Source: Syntrophales bacterium (lineage in GTDB: Bacteria; Desulfobacterota; Syntrophia; Syntrophales; UBA8958). Taken from it: a stretch of 64,000 bases of DNA. The DNA lies in contig JAOAFE010000003.1 in the NCBI GenBank assembly GCA_026416455.1, positions 79,805 through 143,804 on the forward strand. The letters run 5' to 3'. The notes under the pieces are model-generated. The model was not told where the DNA came from. It was given only the letters and a program-made list of their open reading frames with translations, and did not search any database. Shown here piece after piece: positions 9,905 through 19,443 of this stretch. The position numbers and the translations under genes were made by a program. Position 1 is the first letter of the stretch, and the number at the start of each line of letters is the position of its first letter.

Positions 9905-10241
9905 TTGCATTTTTTGTCGGATCGTAAAAGGTGAAATCCCGTGTAACAAGGTCTACGAAAATGATTACGTACTTGCTTTTGACGATATTCACCCCATGGC
10001 CCCGGCGCACTGCATTGTCATTCCGAAAAAACATATCCCGACGGTAATGGACTGGTCGGCAGGAGATAAAGACATAATGTTCGCATTAATAGAAGGAGCT
10101 AAAGAGGTTGCTAAGAAAAAAGGCATCGCCGAATCAGGTTTTCGTCTGGTGATGAATGTAAACAAGGAAGGAGGACAAGTCATCTATCATGTTCATCTCC
10201 ACGTCCTCGGAGGAAGACAACTTAAAGACGAATTGGGTTAG
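9894..10241 (+). CDS. HIT-family (HinT-like) nucleotide hydrolase
   Basis: CIFCRIVKGEIP and the histidine triad HVHLHVLGG. Confidence 0.85.
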   Translation: MMDDCIFCRIVKGEIPCNKVYENDYVLAFDDIHPMAPAHCIVIPKKHIPTVMDWSAGDKDIMFALIEGAKEVAKKKGIAESGFRLVMNVNKEGGQVIYHVHLHVLGGRQLKDELG

Positions 10242-10289
10242 TTGACATTAGACCCTTATAAAATTAGATTAATACGAGGTAACGTAGAA

Positions 10290-10748
10290 ATGAGCGAAAA
10301 TTACAAAGAAAAAATAGAACGAGAAAGTATTGCCGCAGCCAAAGCAAAAGATAAAGTGCGTCTGTCGGCCCTTCGAATGCTAAAGACCGCTGTGCACAAC
10401 AAAGAAATAGATTTAAGAAGGAATCTGACAGAAGCGGAATTCTTACAGGTTGTCTCTTCTATGGTAAAGCAGCGGCGTGAATCGATTGAACAGTTTGAAA
10501 GCGGTGGCCGCATGGATTTGGTTGAAAAAGAAAAAGCCGAACTGTCTGTCATTGAGGAGTTCCTCCCTCCTCCACTGACGGAAGAAGAACTGACCGCCTT
10601 GATAGAGAAAGCCATTTCCGAGACAGGAGCCATGGGAATTAAAGACGTTGGGCGGGTAATGAAGGTGTTGATGCCCCTCATCGGTGGAAAGGCCGACGGA
10701 AAGGTCGTAAACGAAAAGGTAAGGCAGAGATTGGCCGATCTTGGCTAA
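10290..10748 (+). CDS. yqeY: GatB/YqeY domain protein
   Basis: YqeY-like pattern: LSALRMLKTAV.NKEIDL, then KQRRESIEQF..GGR.DL and EL..IEEFLP. ATG at 10290 preferred over the track's TTG at 10242. Confidence 0.8.
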   Translation: MSENYKEKIERESIAAAKAKDKVRLSALRMLKTAVHNKEIDLRRNLTEAEFLQVVSSMVKQRRESIEQFESGGRMDLVEKEKAELSVIEEFLPPPLTEEELTALIEKAISETGAMGIKDVGRVMKVLMPLIGGKADGKVVNEKVRQRLADLG

Positions 10749-10767
10749 TCCAGGAGGTAGAACGGTA

Positions 10768-12525
10768 GTGACCGTTTTTTCCGATGAAACACTTCAGGAA
10801 GTCCGACAGAGAGCGGACATACTAGAGGTTATCTCTTCATATGTAACCTTAAAAAGGGCAGGGAGAAATTATGTGGGGTTATGCCCCTTTCACCATGAAA
10901 AAACCCCATCATTTACCGTAAGTCCGGAAAAGCAGATTTTCTACTGTTTCGGCTGCGGCACAGGAGGTGACGTTGTATCTTTTCTCATAAAAATAAACAA
11001 CTGGTCTTTTCCCGAGGCCGTTCGTTTTTTGGCGGAACGGCTGGGTATCCCCATCAAGGAAAAGGCGGCTCAAAAATCAAAACTCCAAGGTTTGGAACCT
11101 TTTTATGTAATTCACAAAGCGGCGGCTAATTTATTCGCAGACGCCCTTTTTTCTCCTGTTGGAGAAAGGGCCCGTCTTTACTTGAAAAATAGGGGCCTCG
11201 GTGAAAAAACTATCCGCCAATTTAAACTGGGTTATGCACCTGAATCATGGCACTGGCTGCAGGACAAATTGAAAAACCTAGGGCAAGATCTCGACCTAGC
11301 AAATAAGGCAGGTCTCCTCGTGGCGCGAGAAAAAGGCGGTTATTATGATCGTTTTCGCCATCGTATCATTTTTCCGATCTTTGACCTCATGGATCGAGTC
11401 ATTGCCTTCGGCGGACGAGAACTAGAAGACGGTACTCCCAAATATCTCAATTCGCCAGAGTCTCCTATTTACACGAAGGGTCATACTTTGTACGGCCTCA
11501 ATTTCGCAAGAGAAGAAATACGTAAAAAGGGTCACGTCATTGTGGTAGAAGGCTACTTCGATCTCCTCTCCCTCTGGGATCGAGGCATACAAAATGTGGT
11601 CGCCACACTCGGAACGGCTTTCACGGAGGAGCATGTAAGCTTGTTACATCGTTTTACCTCTCAAGCCGTGGCTATTTTTGACCCAGACGAGGCCGGAAAA
11701 AAGGCGCTGGCAAGGAGTTTGTCTTTATTTCTCAAAGGCAATTTAGAGGTAAAAGTTGTGATATTGCCATCCGGTTACGACCCCGATCTCTATATCCGTA
11801 CCTTCGGCAGAGAAAAGTGGGAAGAGGAAGTGACCCATGCCCGGCCAGCCGTCGAATATTACGTTGACGAGGTGCTGCACCCATCCCGAGGGATACAGCA
11901 GGAGCGGTTACAGATAAAAGAAGCCCTCGGATTTATAAGTCAAATATCCTCACCGCTGGAACGCCATCTTTTTATCAGGCGGATCGCTCAACGCTTTAAC
12001 ATCGATGAGAGTTTCCTGGAGCGAGAATTAAAAACATCTATCCCCTCGCCTCCAAATCAAGAAAAAAAACGGGCATCAATGGACAATACCAATGATTTGT
12101 TAGAATTAAAGCTTATCTACCTTATGCTCAATGAAAACAGCTTTGCCCATCGTGTGTCCAAAAGCAACATCTTAGACTTTTTTCTCCATCAGGATTTAAA
12201 GGAGCTGGCCGATTGGATTGTGGACTGCTCCAAGAGAGGTGAAAGCCCAAACCTAACGGAGGCCATGGTCCGTTTGGATGAAAACAGAAGGCAACGTCTT
12301 TTAACGTGGACGATGGAAAATAACGAAAGAGACACAGAAAAGGAGTTCTTCGATACGTTAAAGAGGATAAAGGAGAAATGGTTTGAACGAACGAGTCAAA
12401 ATTTAAACTGTCAAATTAGAGAGGCCCAAGAAAGAGGAGACGACATATTGTGCCGCAAGCTACTGGCCGAAAAAGCTAAATTACTTAAAGAGGAGCAAAG
12501 TTTAAGAAATCTAACTGTGAGCTAA
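10768..12525 (+). CDS. dnaG: DNA primase DnaG
   Basis: Zinc finger CPFHHEKTPSFTV..CFGCGTGGD and Toprim VVVEGYFDLLS. GTG at 10768 follows the AGGAGG RBS. The track start is 10741. Confidence 0.9.
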   Translation: MTVFSDETLQEVRQRADILEVISSYVTLKRAGRNYVGLCPFHHEKTPSFTVSPEKQIFYCFGCGTGGDVVSFLIKINNWSFPEAVRFLAERLGIPIKEKAAQKSKLQGLEPFYVIHKAAANLFADALFSPVGERARLYLKNRGLGEKTIRQFKLGYAPESWHWLQDKLKNLGQDLDLANKAGLLVAREKGGYYDRFRHRIIFPIFDLMDRVIAFGGRELEDGTPKYLNSPESPIYTKGHTLYGLNFAREEIRKKGHVIVVEGYFDLLSLWDRGIQNVVATLGTAFTEEHVSLLHRFTSQAVAIFDPDEAGKKALARSLSLFLKGNLEVKVVILPSGYDPDLYIRTFGREKWEEEVTHARPAVEYYVDEVLHPSRGIQQERLQIKEALGFISQISSPLERHLFIRRIAQRFNIDESFLERELKTSIPSPPNQEKKRASMDNTNDLLELKLIYLMLNENSFAHRVSKSNILDFFLHQDLKELADWIVDCSKRGESPNLTEAMVRLDENRRQRLLTWTMENNERDTEKEFFDTLKRIKEKWFERTSQNLNCQIREAQERGDDILCRKLLAEKAKLLKEEQSLRNLTVS

Positions 12526-12534
12526 GGAGGCTTC

Positions 12535-14268
12535 ATGGGAAAGGAAATTGAATCGGAAGAGCTAAAAAAACTCATTTCTTTAGGGGAAGAGAAGGGTATC
12601 TTGACCTATGACGATATCAACGAGGTCCTTTCGACGGACATCGTCTCCCCCGACCAAATTGACGATATTTTCATGCTCCTCGGGGAGAAAAACATAGATG
12701 TCATAGATACAGAAAAAGGAGAAAAAATTGTCGTCAACAAAACCACCGAAGACATGACGGCAATGCGAGACGAGGACCTCTTAAGCCTCATGTCCATTAC
12801 GGGGAAAACGGGCGACCCCGTGAAAATGTATCTGCGCGAGATGGGCATGGTATCTCTGCTCAGTCGAGAAGGAGAAGTAGAGATCGCCAAGAAAATAGAG
12901 GAAGGCATGCAGGAGGTGATGGAATCTATCTTTAAAATCCCTGCTTGCGTCAGAGAGGTCATCGAAATCGGTGAAAAACTAAAAAAAGGAGAGATCAGAA
13001 TCAAAAACGTTGTTTCTAATCTAGATGACGAAGACGGCTATGTAGACGAAGAACCTCATCGAGAAAGGGTCGTTAAACTGATAGATAAGGTAGCTTTATT
13101 AGGCAGAAAAAACGAAACCCTGTGGTCTCGCTTACGGGAAAAGGAACTTCCCGCTACCGAACGCGCCGCTCTTCAAAAGGAAATCGAAAAAAATACCAAA
13201 GGTATTGTTAGGCACTGTGCCAAGATAAAATTCAACAAGAAACAGATAGATCGCCTCGTCGACCTATTGCGACAGTACATGAAAGAAATAGAGGAGCAGG
13301 AAAAGAAGATAAGAGCCTTGAAGGAAGATCTCCATCTGTCCTTGACTCAGATGGAAAAGGCCTGGAGTCGAATACGGCAAGAACCTCAAAAGGCCAAGCA
13401 AATTGCAGCCGAATACGGAGTTTCATTAGAGGAACTACAAAAAGCCGAGGAAGTCGTAAAAGAGGCGAACCGTGTGTTCAAACGTTTAAAAAGAGAAACC
13501 AACTTATCGGTCACGGAACTCAAAGGGGTGGTAAAAAAGGTAGAGCTGGGGGAGAAGAAAGCGGAGGAAGCCAAAAAGAGATTGGTGGAAGCGAACTTAC
13601 GCCTCGTCGTGAGCATTGCGAAAAAGTACACAAACCGGGGTTTACAATTTCTCGATCTCGTTCAGGAAGGGAACATAGGTCTTATGAAAGCAGTGGATAA
13701 ATTCGAATATCAGCGGGGATATAAATTTTCTACCTATGCCACATGGTGGATACGGCAAGCTATCACGAGGGCCATTGCCGATCAGGCAAGAACCATTAGA
13801 ATCCCCGTTCATATGATCGAGACCATAAACAAGCTCATCCGCACATCGAGATATCTAGTCCAAGAGTTGGGCCGGGAGCCCACTCCAGAAGAGATTGCAC
13901 AAAAGATGGAATATCCTTTGGAAAAAGTGCGCAAGGTTCTGAAAATAGCGAAAGAGCCTATATCTCTAGAAACCCCCATCGGGGAAGAAGAAGATAGCCA
14001 TTTAGGAGACTTTATTGAGGACAAAAGAATTATGTCTCCGTCGGAAGCTACGATCAGTATGGATTTGGCGGAGCAAATGCGTCGCATTCTTTCTACTTTG
14101 ACACCGAGGGAAGAAAAAGTGCTCCGGATGAGATTTGGAATCAGCGAACGGGTAGAGCTGCAGGAAGACGAAATTGCAGAATTACAAGGAGTGGAAAATC
14201 CAACACCCGTTCCTCCAATTTCACTCGATCGAAGTGCAGCGAACGACGCGACGAAGAAAAATAGGTAA
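12535..14268 (+). CDS. rpoD: primary sigma factor RpoD, C-terminal region 4.2 not recognisable
   Basis: Regions 1.1 to 4.1 are present ([32 protein letters not shown]; [15 protein letters not shown]). The tail after RFGI is a non-canonical 41 aa followed by a stop. Located in the dnaG-rpoD context. Confidence 0.85.
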   Translation: MGKEIESEELKKLISLGEEKGILTYDDINEVLSTDIVSPDQIDDIFMLLGEKNIDVIDTEKGEKIVVNKTTEDMTAMRDEDLLSLMSITGKTGDPVKMYLREMGMVSLLSREGEVEIAKKIEEGMQEVMESIFKIPACVREVIEIGEKLKKGEIRIKNVVSNLDDEDGYVDEEPHRERVVKLIDKVALLGRKNETLWSRLREKELPATERAALQKEIEKNTKGIVRHCAKIKFNKKQIDRLVDLLRQYMKEIEEQEKKIRALKEDLHLSLTQMEKAWSRIRQEPQKAKQIAAEYGVSLEELQKAEEVVKEANRVFKRLKRETNLSVTELKGVVKKVELGEKKAEEAKKRLVEANLRLVVSIAKKYTNRGLQFLDLVQEGNIGLMKAVDKFEYQRGYKFSTYATWWIRQAITRAIADQARTIRIPVHMIETINKLIRTSRYLVQELGREPTPEEIAQKMEYPLEKVRKVLKIAKEPISLETPIGEEEDSHLGDFIEDKRIMSPSEATISMDLAEQMRRILSTLTPREEKVLRMRFGISERVELQEDEIAELQGVENPTPVPPISLDRSAANDATKKNR

Positions 14269-14279
14269 ATTATTAAAGG

Positions 14280-14319
14280 TTGACAATATCAGCCAACCGA
14301 TATAGCTATATCTATTAAT
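14280..14319 (+). promoter_or_regulatory. possible tRNA promoter (TTGACA plus AT-rich TATA-like tract)
   Basis: TTGACA at 14280-14285. Downstream tract is TATAGCTATATCTATTAAT, but no hexamer lies at ideal 17-nt spacing. Confidence 0.3.
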
Positions 14320-14324
14320 GCCAT

Positions 14325-14400
14325 GGGCCCATAGCTCAATTGGTAGAGCCACCGGCTCATAACCGGTAGGTCCCTGGTTCGATCCCAGGTGGGCCCACCA
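14325..14400 (+). tRNA. tRNA with CAT anticodon (elongator Met or lysidine-modified Ile2), CCA encoded
   Basis: Cloverleaf read by hand: acceptor GGGCCCA/TGGGCCC, D arm GCTC/GAGC, anticodon arm ACCGG-CTCATAA-CCGGT, T arm CCTGG-TTCGATC-CCAGG. G1-C72 is paired, so it is not an initiator. Confidence 0.9.
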
Positions 14401-14433
14401 AGTTTTTATTTATGGAGTAAGGGAGGTTTATTT

Positions 14434-15156
14434 TTGGACGAGGTTTTACGAAATCTCATCGCTCTGCAAGGTGTCGATTCGGAGATAAATCAGATCAACC
14501 TCAAGAAAAAAACTTTGCCCGAAGAGTTGAGAAAATTGGATAATGAATTTGCCAGCCTGAGGGCAGACGTTGAAAAAAGCCGAGCACTTCTTGAAGAAAC
14601 GATAAAGAAGCACCGCGAGCTAGAAGAAAAATTGAAGAAGGCCGGAGAAGCCCTAAAGAAGGCGAAAGAAAAACTCCTAGAAGTAAAAACGAACAAGGAA
14701 TATCAAGCGGGCCTCATGGAAATAGAGGCCATGGAGAAGAAAAACGAAGAATACGAGGAGGCAATTATCCTCATTTTAGACGAGATAGATGGGCAAAAAA
14801 AGACCTTAAAAGATAAAGAGGAGCAGCTGAAAATAGAGGGAACAAAATATGAGATAAGAAAAAAGGAGTTGATGGATGAGCTCGAGGCGTTGGACGAAAA
14901 GCTTTCTTCTTGCCTCGAGAGAAAAAAAGAGCTAAGTTCCTCTCTCGCTCCAGAAATCATGAAAAAATATGAGCAGATAAGGGCCATAAACCATGGCCTC
15001 GCCGTAGTTCCGGCGTGGAGAGAAGTATGCAGTGGATGTCATATGAACATCCCCCCTCAGCTTTACAATGAGCTTTATGCGGGAGATAAACTGATCTATT
15101 GTCCCGAATGTCATCGAATTCTGTACTGGTTCGATCAGAGCAAAGATAATGTCTGA
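14434..15156 (+). CDS. coiled-coil zinc-ribbon protein (COG1579/DUF164-like)
   Basis: Long K/E-rich coiled coil and a C-terminal CSGCHMNIPPQ...YCPECHRILY ribbon. TTG start at 14434 lies 7 nt after GGGAGG. The track start at 14389 overlaps the tRNA. Confidence 0.8.
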   Translation: MDEVLRNLIALQGVDSEINQINLKKKTLPEELRKLDNEFASLRADVEKSRALLEETIKKHRELEEKLKKAGEALKKAKEKLLEVKTNKEYQAGLMEIEAMEKKNEEYEEAIILILDEIDGQKKTLKDKEEQLKIEGTKYEIRKKELMDELEALDEKLSSCLERKKELSSSLAPEIMKKYEQIRAINHGLAVVPAWREVCSGCHMNIPPQLYNELYAGDKLIYCPECHRILYWFDQSKDNV

Positions 15157-15509
15157 GTAGAGGAGGTGATCGCCAGCTCTAACTAAGGGCTGGAGGAAAG
15201 TCCGAGCTCCACAGGGCAGGATGGTCGCTAACGGCGACTGGGGGTGACCCCAAGGAAAGTGCCACAGAAAATATACCGCCCCGCTGGTGCGAGGTAAGGG
15301 TGAAAAGGCGAGGTAAGAGCTCACCGCTCCTCTGGTGACAGGGGAGGCATGGCAAACCCCATCCGGAGCAAGACCAAATAGGAGAACGTTTGAGGATGGC
15401 CCGTCCGATGTTCTCGGGTAGGTCGCTTGAGGCGGCAGGCAACTGTCGTCCTAGATAGATGATCACCGCCGCTTGCTTGCGGTAACAGAACTCGGCTTAC
15501 GATCTACTC
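15155..15509 (+). ncRNA. rnpB: RNase P RNA, bacterial type A
   Basis: GGAGGAAAGTCCGAGCTCCACAGGGCAG, GGTAAGGGTGAAAAGG, GGCAAACCCCATCCGGAGCAAG and ACAGAACTCGGCTTAC. P1 is GAGTAGA/TCTACTC and P2 is GGTGATC/GATCACC. Confidence 0.93.
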
Positions 15510-15524
15510 GGACATTATCCCTAC

Positions 15525-15550
15525 AGTGTGGCTAAGGCCACACTTTTTTG
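15525..15550 (+). terminator. rho-independent terminator after rnpB
   Basis: AGTGTGGC-TAAG-GCCACACT followed by TTTTTTG. Confidence 0.8.
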
Positions 15551-15591
15551 TTTGTCCAAAAATTTATAGCCCCTGATGATGAGAAATGATA

Positions 15592-15600
15592 TGATATAAT
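15592..15600 (+). promoter_or_regulatory. extended -10 promoter element (TGaTATAAT) upstream of the protease gene
   Basis: TG at 15592-15593 and TATAAT at 15595-15600, 28 nt upstream of the ATG at 15628. Confidence 0.4.
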
Positions 15601-15627
15601 TTGAGAAATTTAGCCCGGGAGGAATCA

Positions 15628-16989
15628 ATGAAACAGTTTTCCCATCTTTTTCGGGTGGCCATCTTGCTTCTCGTCGCAAGTGTCGTCTTGTTTGGATTTG
15701 TGTCAGATAGTCGGGTCAGTGCCGCCATCGATCGAGGTATATATACCAATTTAAAGGTGTTCACCGAGATACTCAGTATCATAGAAAAAAACTACGTCGA
15801 ACCCGTGAAGGCAGAAAAGTTAATCGAGGGAGCGATCAATGGCATGGTCAAGAGCCTTGACCCCCACAGTGCTTATATGACCCCAGAGATGTACAAAGAC
15901 CTGGAGATAGAAACTAAAGGGCAGTTTGGGGGAGTGGGAATGGAAATTATGATACACCGCGACGTATTGACGGTAGTATCCCCTATCGAAGACACTCCAG
16001 CCTATCATGCCGGGATAAAGTCAGGGGACCAGATCATAACCATCGACGGAAAACCAACGAAAGAAATGACCTTGATGGAGGCCGTGAAAAAATTGCGAGG
16101 CCCCCAGGGAACGAAAGTTACCTTGCAGATCATGCGAGAAGGTACTACCAAATTAAGGGAAGTCACCATAACTAGGGCCATCATTAATGTGCTGAGTGTC
16201 AAATACAAAATGTTGGATCCGGATATTGCCTACGTGAGGCTCTCATCGTTTCAGGAAAAGACATCCGATGAACTCCGGCGAGCACTCTCGGACATAAAAA
16301 AAACCTCCCCTAACATAAAAGGCCTCGTGTTAGACCTACGAAACAATCCGGGGGGTCTTCTACCTCAAGCCGTAGAGGTTGCAGACATATTTTTAAAATC
16401 GGGCGTCATCGTATCAACGCGAGGAAGAACAAAATCCATGGATAGTGTCATTTCGGCTCGTCCTCAGGGAAATGAGCTGGAGTGTCCTATCATCTGCCTT
16501 GTCAACGAGGGAACGGCGTCGGCCGCTGAGATTGTGGCCGGAGCCCTTCAAGACAACGGAAGAGCCATTATTTTAGGCACTCCAACGTTTGGCAAAGGCT
16601 CCGTGCAAACTGTTATTCCTCTAGAAGGAGGCGCCGCCCTGAAGCTCACCACCGCTCGGTACTATACCCCTAATGGCCGTTCCATTCAGGCGGAAGGGAT
16701 AAAACCGGATATAGAGGTTAAGTATGCACTGAACGCTGAAGAAAGGGACAGACTAATAATAAGAGAAAAAGATTTAGAGGGACATCTGAAATCGTCAAGA
16801 GAACTTAGCAGTCCGACGGAGGAAGAAAAAATTCAGACCCCGCCTGTGCCTCGAGAGGAGCCGAAAAAAGAATTACCTTTAAAGAAACCTTTTGGAGATT
16901 TGACTAAAGATAACCAATTAAAAAGCGCCTACGATATACTGAAAAGTTGGGAAATTTTAGAAAAAAAGATAAAAAGTAGCATCCAATGA
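15628..16989 (+). CDS. carboxyl-terminal processing protease (S41, Ctp/Prc family)
   Basis: PDZ region (GIKSGDQIITIDG), GLVLDLRNNPGGLL, TASAAEIVAGALQD and TFGKGSVQ. ATG at 15628 follows a GGAGG RBS. Confidence 0.88.
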   Translation: MKQFSHLFRVAILLLVASVVLFGFVSDSRVSAAIDRGIYTNLKVFTEILSIIEKNYVEPVKAEKLIEGAINGMVKSLDPHSAYMTPEMYKDLEIETKGQFGGVGMEIMIHRDVLTVVSPIEDTPAYHAGIKSGDQIITIDGKPTKEMTLMEAVKKLRGPQGTKVTLQIMREGTTKLREVTITRAIINVLSVKYKMLDPDIAYVRLSSFQEKTSDELRRALSDIKKTSPNIKGLVLDLRNNPGGLLPQAVEVADIFLKSGVIVSTRGRTKSMDSVISARPQGNELECPIICLVNEGTASAAEIVAGALQDNGRAIILGTPTFGKGSVQTVIPLEGGAALKLTTARYYTPNGRSIQAEGIKPDIEVKYALNAEERDRLIIREKDLEGHLKSSRELSSPTEEEKIQTPPVPREEPKKELPLKKPFGDLTKDNQLKSAYDILKSWEILEKKIKSSIQ

Positions 16990-18692
16990 CCTTTAACCGA
17001 AAAAAAGACGTCACGAAATTATTTCTATTAACCTTTCTTTTCACGACCATCAGCGTCACGGGATGTACTGGGTGGCAAAAAAAAAGTTCTCCCGCACCCG
17101 AAGTACACTGGCCTCCTCCTCGTGCTATGTATCATTACTCTAAAGGGCTCCTTCATGCTTACAGTGGAGATGCGACCGGAGCCATAGAAGAACTCAAAAC
17201 TGCCTTACAGGCAGATCCCGACTCCCCTGAAATAGCCGCCGAGCTGTCGTCTATATATGCCGAACAAGGAGATTTTAGCACCGCCATCGCTCTCGGAGAA
17301 GAAGCGCTGCGCCGCAACCCTGACAATGTAAACTTGAACATGTTGATGGGCGGCATATACATGAACTCCCGCCAATACAAAAAGGCCATCGACCGTTACC
17401 ACCAGGTAATCTTAAGGGACCCAAATCACATTACGGCTTATCTATACCTTGGCATGGCTTACACAGAATTGTCCGATTATGTTCAAGCCCTTAAAGCGTT
17501 CGATGGTGCCGTGGCCAAAGAGCCAGAAAATTTTTTGGGAAATTACTGGCGCGGCCGTCTACTGGTCAAAATGGAACGCTTAGAAGAAGCAGCACAAACC
17601 TTCAAAAGGTTACTGGAAAATCAACCGGACCAAGACGCAGCCCTTTTGGAGTTGATTTTAATTTACGAACGACAAAACAAACCATCTCTTGCCATAGAAA
17701 CGCTTACGGATTTCCTCATCAAATATCCGAGAAAAACCAACGTGCGCATGAAACTGGGGGAGCTTCTTCTAAAAGAAAAAAGGTATGCCGAAGCGGAAAA
17801 GGAATTTCTCCGAGTCCTTCGTGCTTCACCATATAACCGAGAGGTTAGACTCACATTGGGGCTACTTTACTTGGAGAGTGGGCAACCGGATCGCGCCATC
17901 GAGTCTTTTTCTTTTCTCCGACGCAATTATCCCGAAGATCATCGCTATGTCTATTTAGAAGCTGCGGCCTACGAAGAAAAAAAAGACCTCAATACCGCCA
18001 TTCAGCTGCTAAAAGACATCCCCATAAATTCTGATCTATACAGCAATGCCCGTATTCGCATAGCCTCCCTCTTGAAGCGAGAAAAAAAAGTATCAGAGGC
18101 CATTTCCATACTGGAGAATGCCATTAAAAACAAGAAAGAGGCGGCACTGTATTTATATCTATCTTCGATACAAGAAGGGGAAAAAGATTGGTCAGGGGCG
18201 GAAGCGACTTTAAAAGAAGGATTAAAAGCCTTTCCAGGGAGAGAAGATTTGCTCTATGCCTTAGGAGGGATATATGAGAAACAAAAACGGCACGATGAAG
18301 CCATTTCCATGATGGAAAAAATATTGGAATCAAATCCTAATCATGCTGATGCTCTTAACTTTATAGGCTACAGTTATGCCGATCGCGGTATAAAATTAGA
18401 ACAGGCAGAAAAACTGCTCATGCGCGCCCTGGAATTGAAACCGGATAGCGGCTATATTCTAGATAGTGTTGGGTGGCTCTACTATCGGCTAGGCCACCTC
18501 CAAAAAGCATACGAATATTTGGAAAAAGCCCTCAAGTTGCTACCGGATGATCCGACCATCAACGAGCACGTGGGAGATGTCTTAAAATCATTGAATCGCC
18601 TCTCCGAAGCAAAAACATATTATGAAAAAGCACTGAGTTTGGATCCGGATAACGCAGAGCTCAAAAAGAAACTCGATGCCATCAAAAAATAG
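16986..18692 (+). CDS. TPR-repeat lipoprotein
   Basis: 568 aa with lipobox SVTGC and many TPR units (..A...Y..AL..DP.N..). Confidence 0.75.
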   Translation: MTFNRKKDVTKLFLLTFLFTTISVTGCTGWQKKSSPAPEVHWPPPRAMYHYSKGLLHAYSGDATGAIEELKTALQADPDSPEIAAELSSIYAEQGDFSTAIALGEEALRRNPDNVNLNMLMGGIYMNSRQYKKAIDRYHQVILRDPNHITAYLYLGMAYTELSDYVQALKAFDGAVAKEPENFLGNYWRGRLLVKMERLEEAAQTFKRLLENQPDQDAALLELILIYERQNKPSLAIETLTDFLIKYPRKTNVRMKLGELLLKEKRYAEAEKEFLRVLRASPYNREVRLTLGLLYLESGQPDRAIESFSFLRRNYPEDHRYVYLEAAAYEEKKDLNTAIQLLKDIPINSDLYSNARIRIASLLKREKKVSEAISILENAIKNKKEAALYLYLSSIQEGEKDWSGAEATLKEGLKAFPGREDLLYALGGIYEKQKRHDEAISMMEKILESNPNHADALNFIGYSYADRGIKLEQAEKLLMRALELKPDSGYILDSVGWLYYRLGHLQKAYEYLEKALKLLPDDPTINEHVGDVLKSLNRLSEAKTYYEKALSLDPDNAELKKKLDAIKK

Positions 18693-19443
18693 TTATTCCC
18701 CTCTATTTCTTCCCTTATGCCTTCTCCTATTCTTTCTGGGATGCACGACTACACAGGGGGTACCTATGTCATGTACCCCCCTAACGACTCATGTAGAAGA
18801 GCGTTTGTGTCAAGGGAACAGAAAAGAAAAAATTAGTACCATGGCGGAAATAACAATTACAACTGGCACCACGCCTCGCAAACTGAGTGCCGTTGCTGTA
18901 TTTCAAGGCCCACAGCGCTTGAGAATAGAAGCCTTATCTCCTCTAGGAACACCCGAGATGATGATTTCCATCTTCGATGGAAAAGCGAGACTCTATTTCC
19001 CCAGTCGTCAAGAATTTTTCCCGGATATAAAGAGCCTGTCTCCCTGGATCGATCTCCCTCTTGAGGTAGGAGAACTAAGTGCTTTAATTTTTGGCGCCCT
19101 TCCGCCCCTTAAGTCTAGGTATTGTGTCATGCCACCTGAAAAAGAAAACGACCTGGTGCGGCGAGAAATCGTCTCTTCCGATGGGAACAGAAGGATATCC
19201 GTCTGGACTACTGCAGGGGAAATGGAAATTAAGAAAATAAAGATCATTTCCCGTGAGCAATCGGAAATAACGGTTTCCTATGGGGAATTAATTAAAATAA
19301 ACGGCTTTTCTATCCCCCAACAAGTAAACTTCGAGACTTCGTCTTTCTCCATATCTTTTCTTTTTTCCGATCTTGAACTTATCCCAGAAGATGGACAATC
19401 CTTAGAGCTGCCCCCTCCTTCTAGCTTACTTCATCTCGAGTAG
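18676..19443 (+). CDS. LolB-like/DUF4292-like outer-membrane lipoprotein (putative)
   Basis: Lipobox FFLGC, about 250 aa. Positioned directly after the TPR lipoprotein. Family assignment is weak. Confidence 0.5.
   Translation: MPSKNSYSPLFLPLCLLLFFLGCTTTQGVPMSCTPLTTHVEERLCQGNRKEKISTMAEITITTGTTPRKLSAVAVFQGPQRLRIEALSPLGTPEMMISIFDGKARLYFPSRQEFFPDIKSLSPWIDLPLEVGELSALIFGALPPLKSRYCVMPPEKENDLVRREIVSSDGNRRISVWTTAGEMEIKKIKIISREQSEITVSYGELIKINGFSIPQQVNFETSSFSISFLFSDLELIPEDGQSLELPPPSSLLHLE

Noticed and set aside
14146-14212. MITE-like insertion disrupting rpoD
   Set aside because: Conceptually excising the 67 bp between and including the inverted repeats does not restore a region 4.2 reading frame, and no target-site duplication flanks it.
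14932-15466. 130-aa and 95-aa minus-strand ORFs
   Set aside because: They overlap the RNase P RNA gene and the zinc-ribbon CDS, so the region is fully explained by rnpB.
14269-15627. tRNA gene as the attachment site of an integrated island
   Set aside because: The downstream genes are core (COG1579 protein, rnpB, Ctp protease). There is no integrase and no repeat of the tRNA 3' half.
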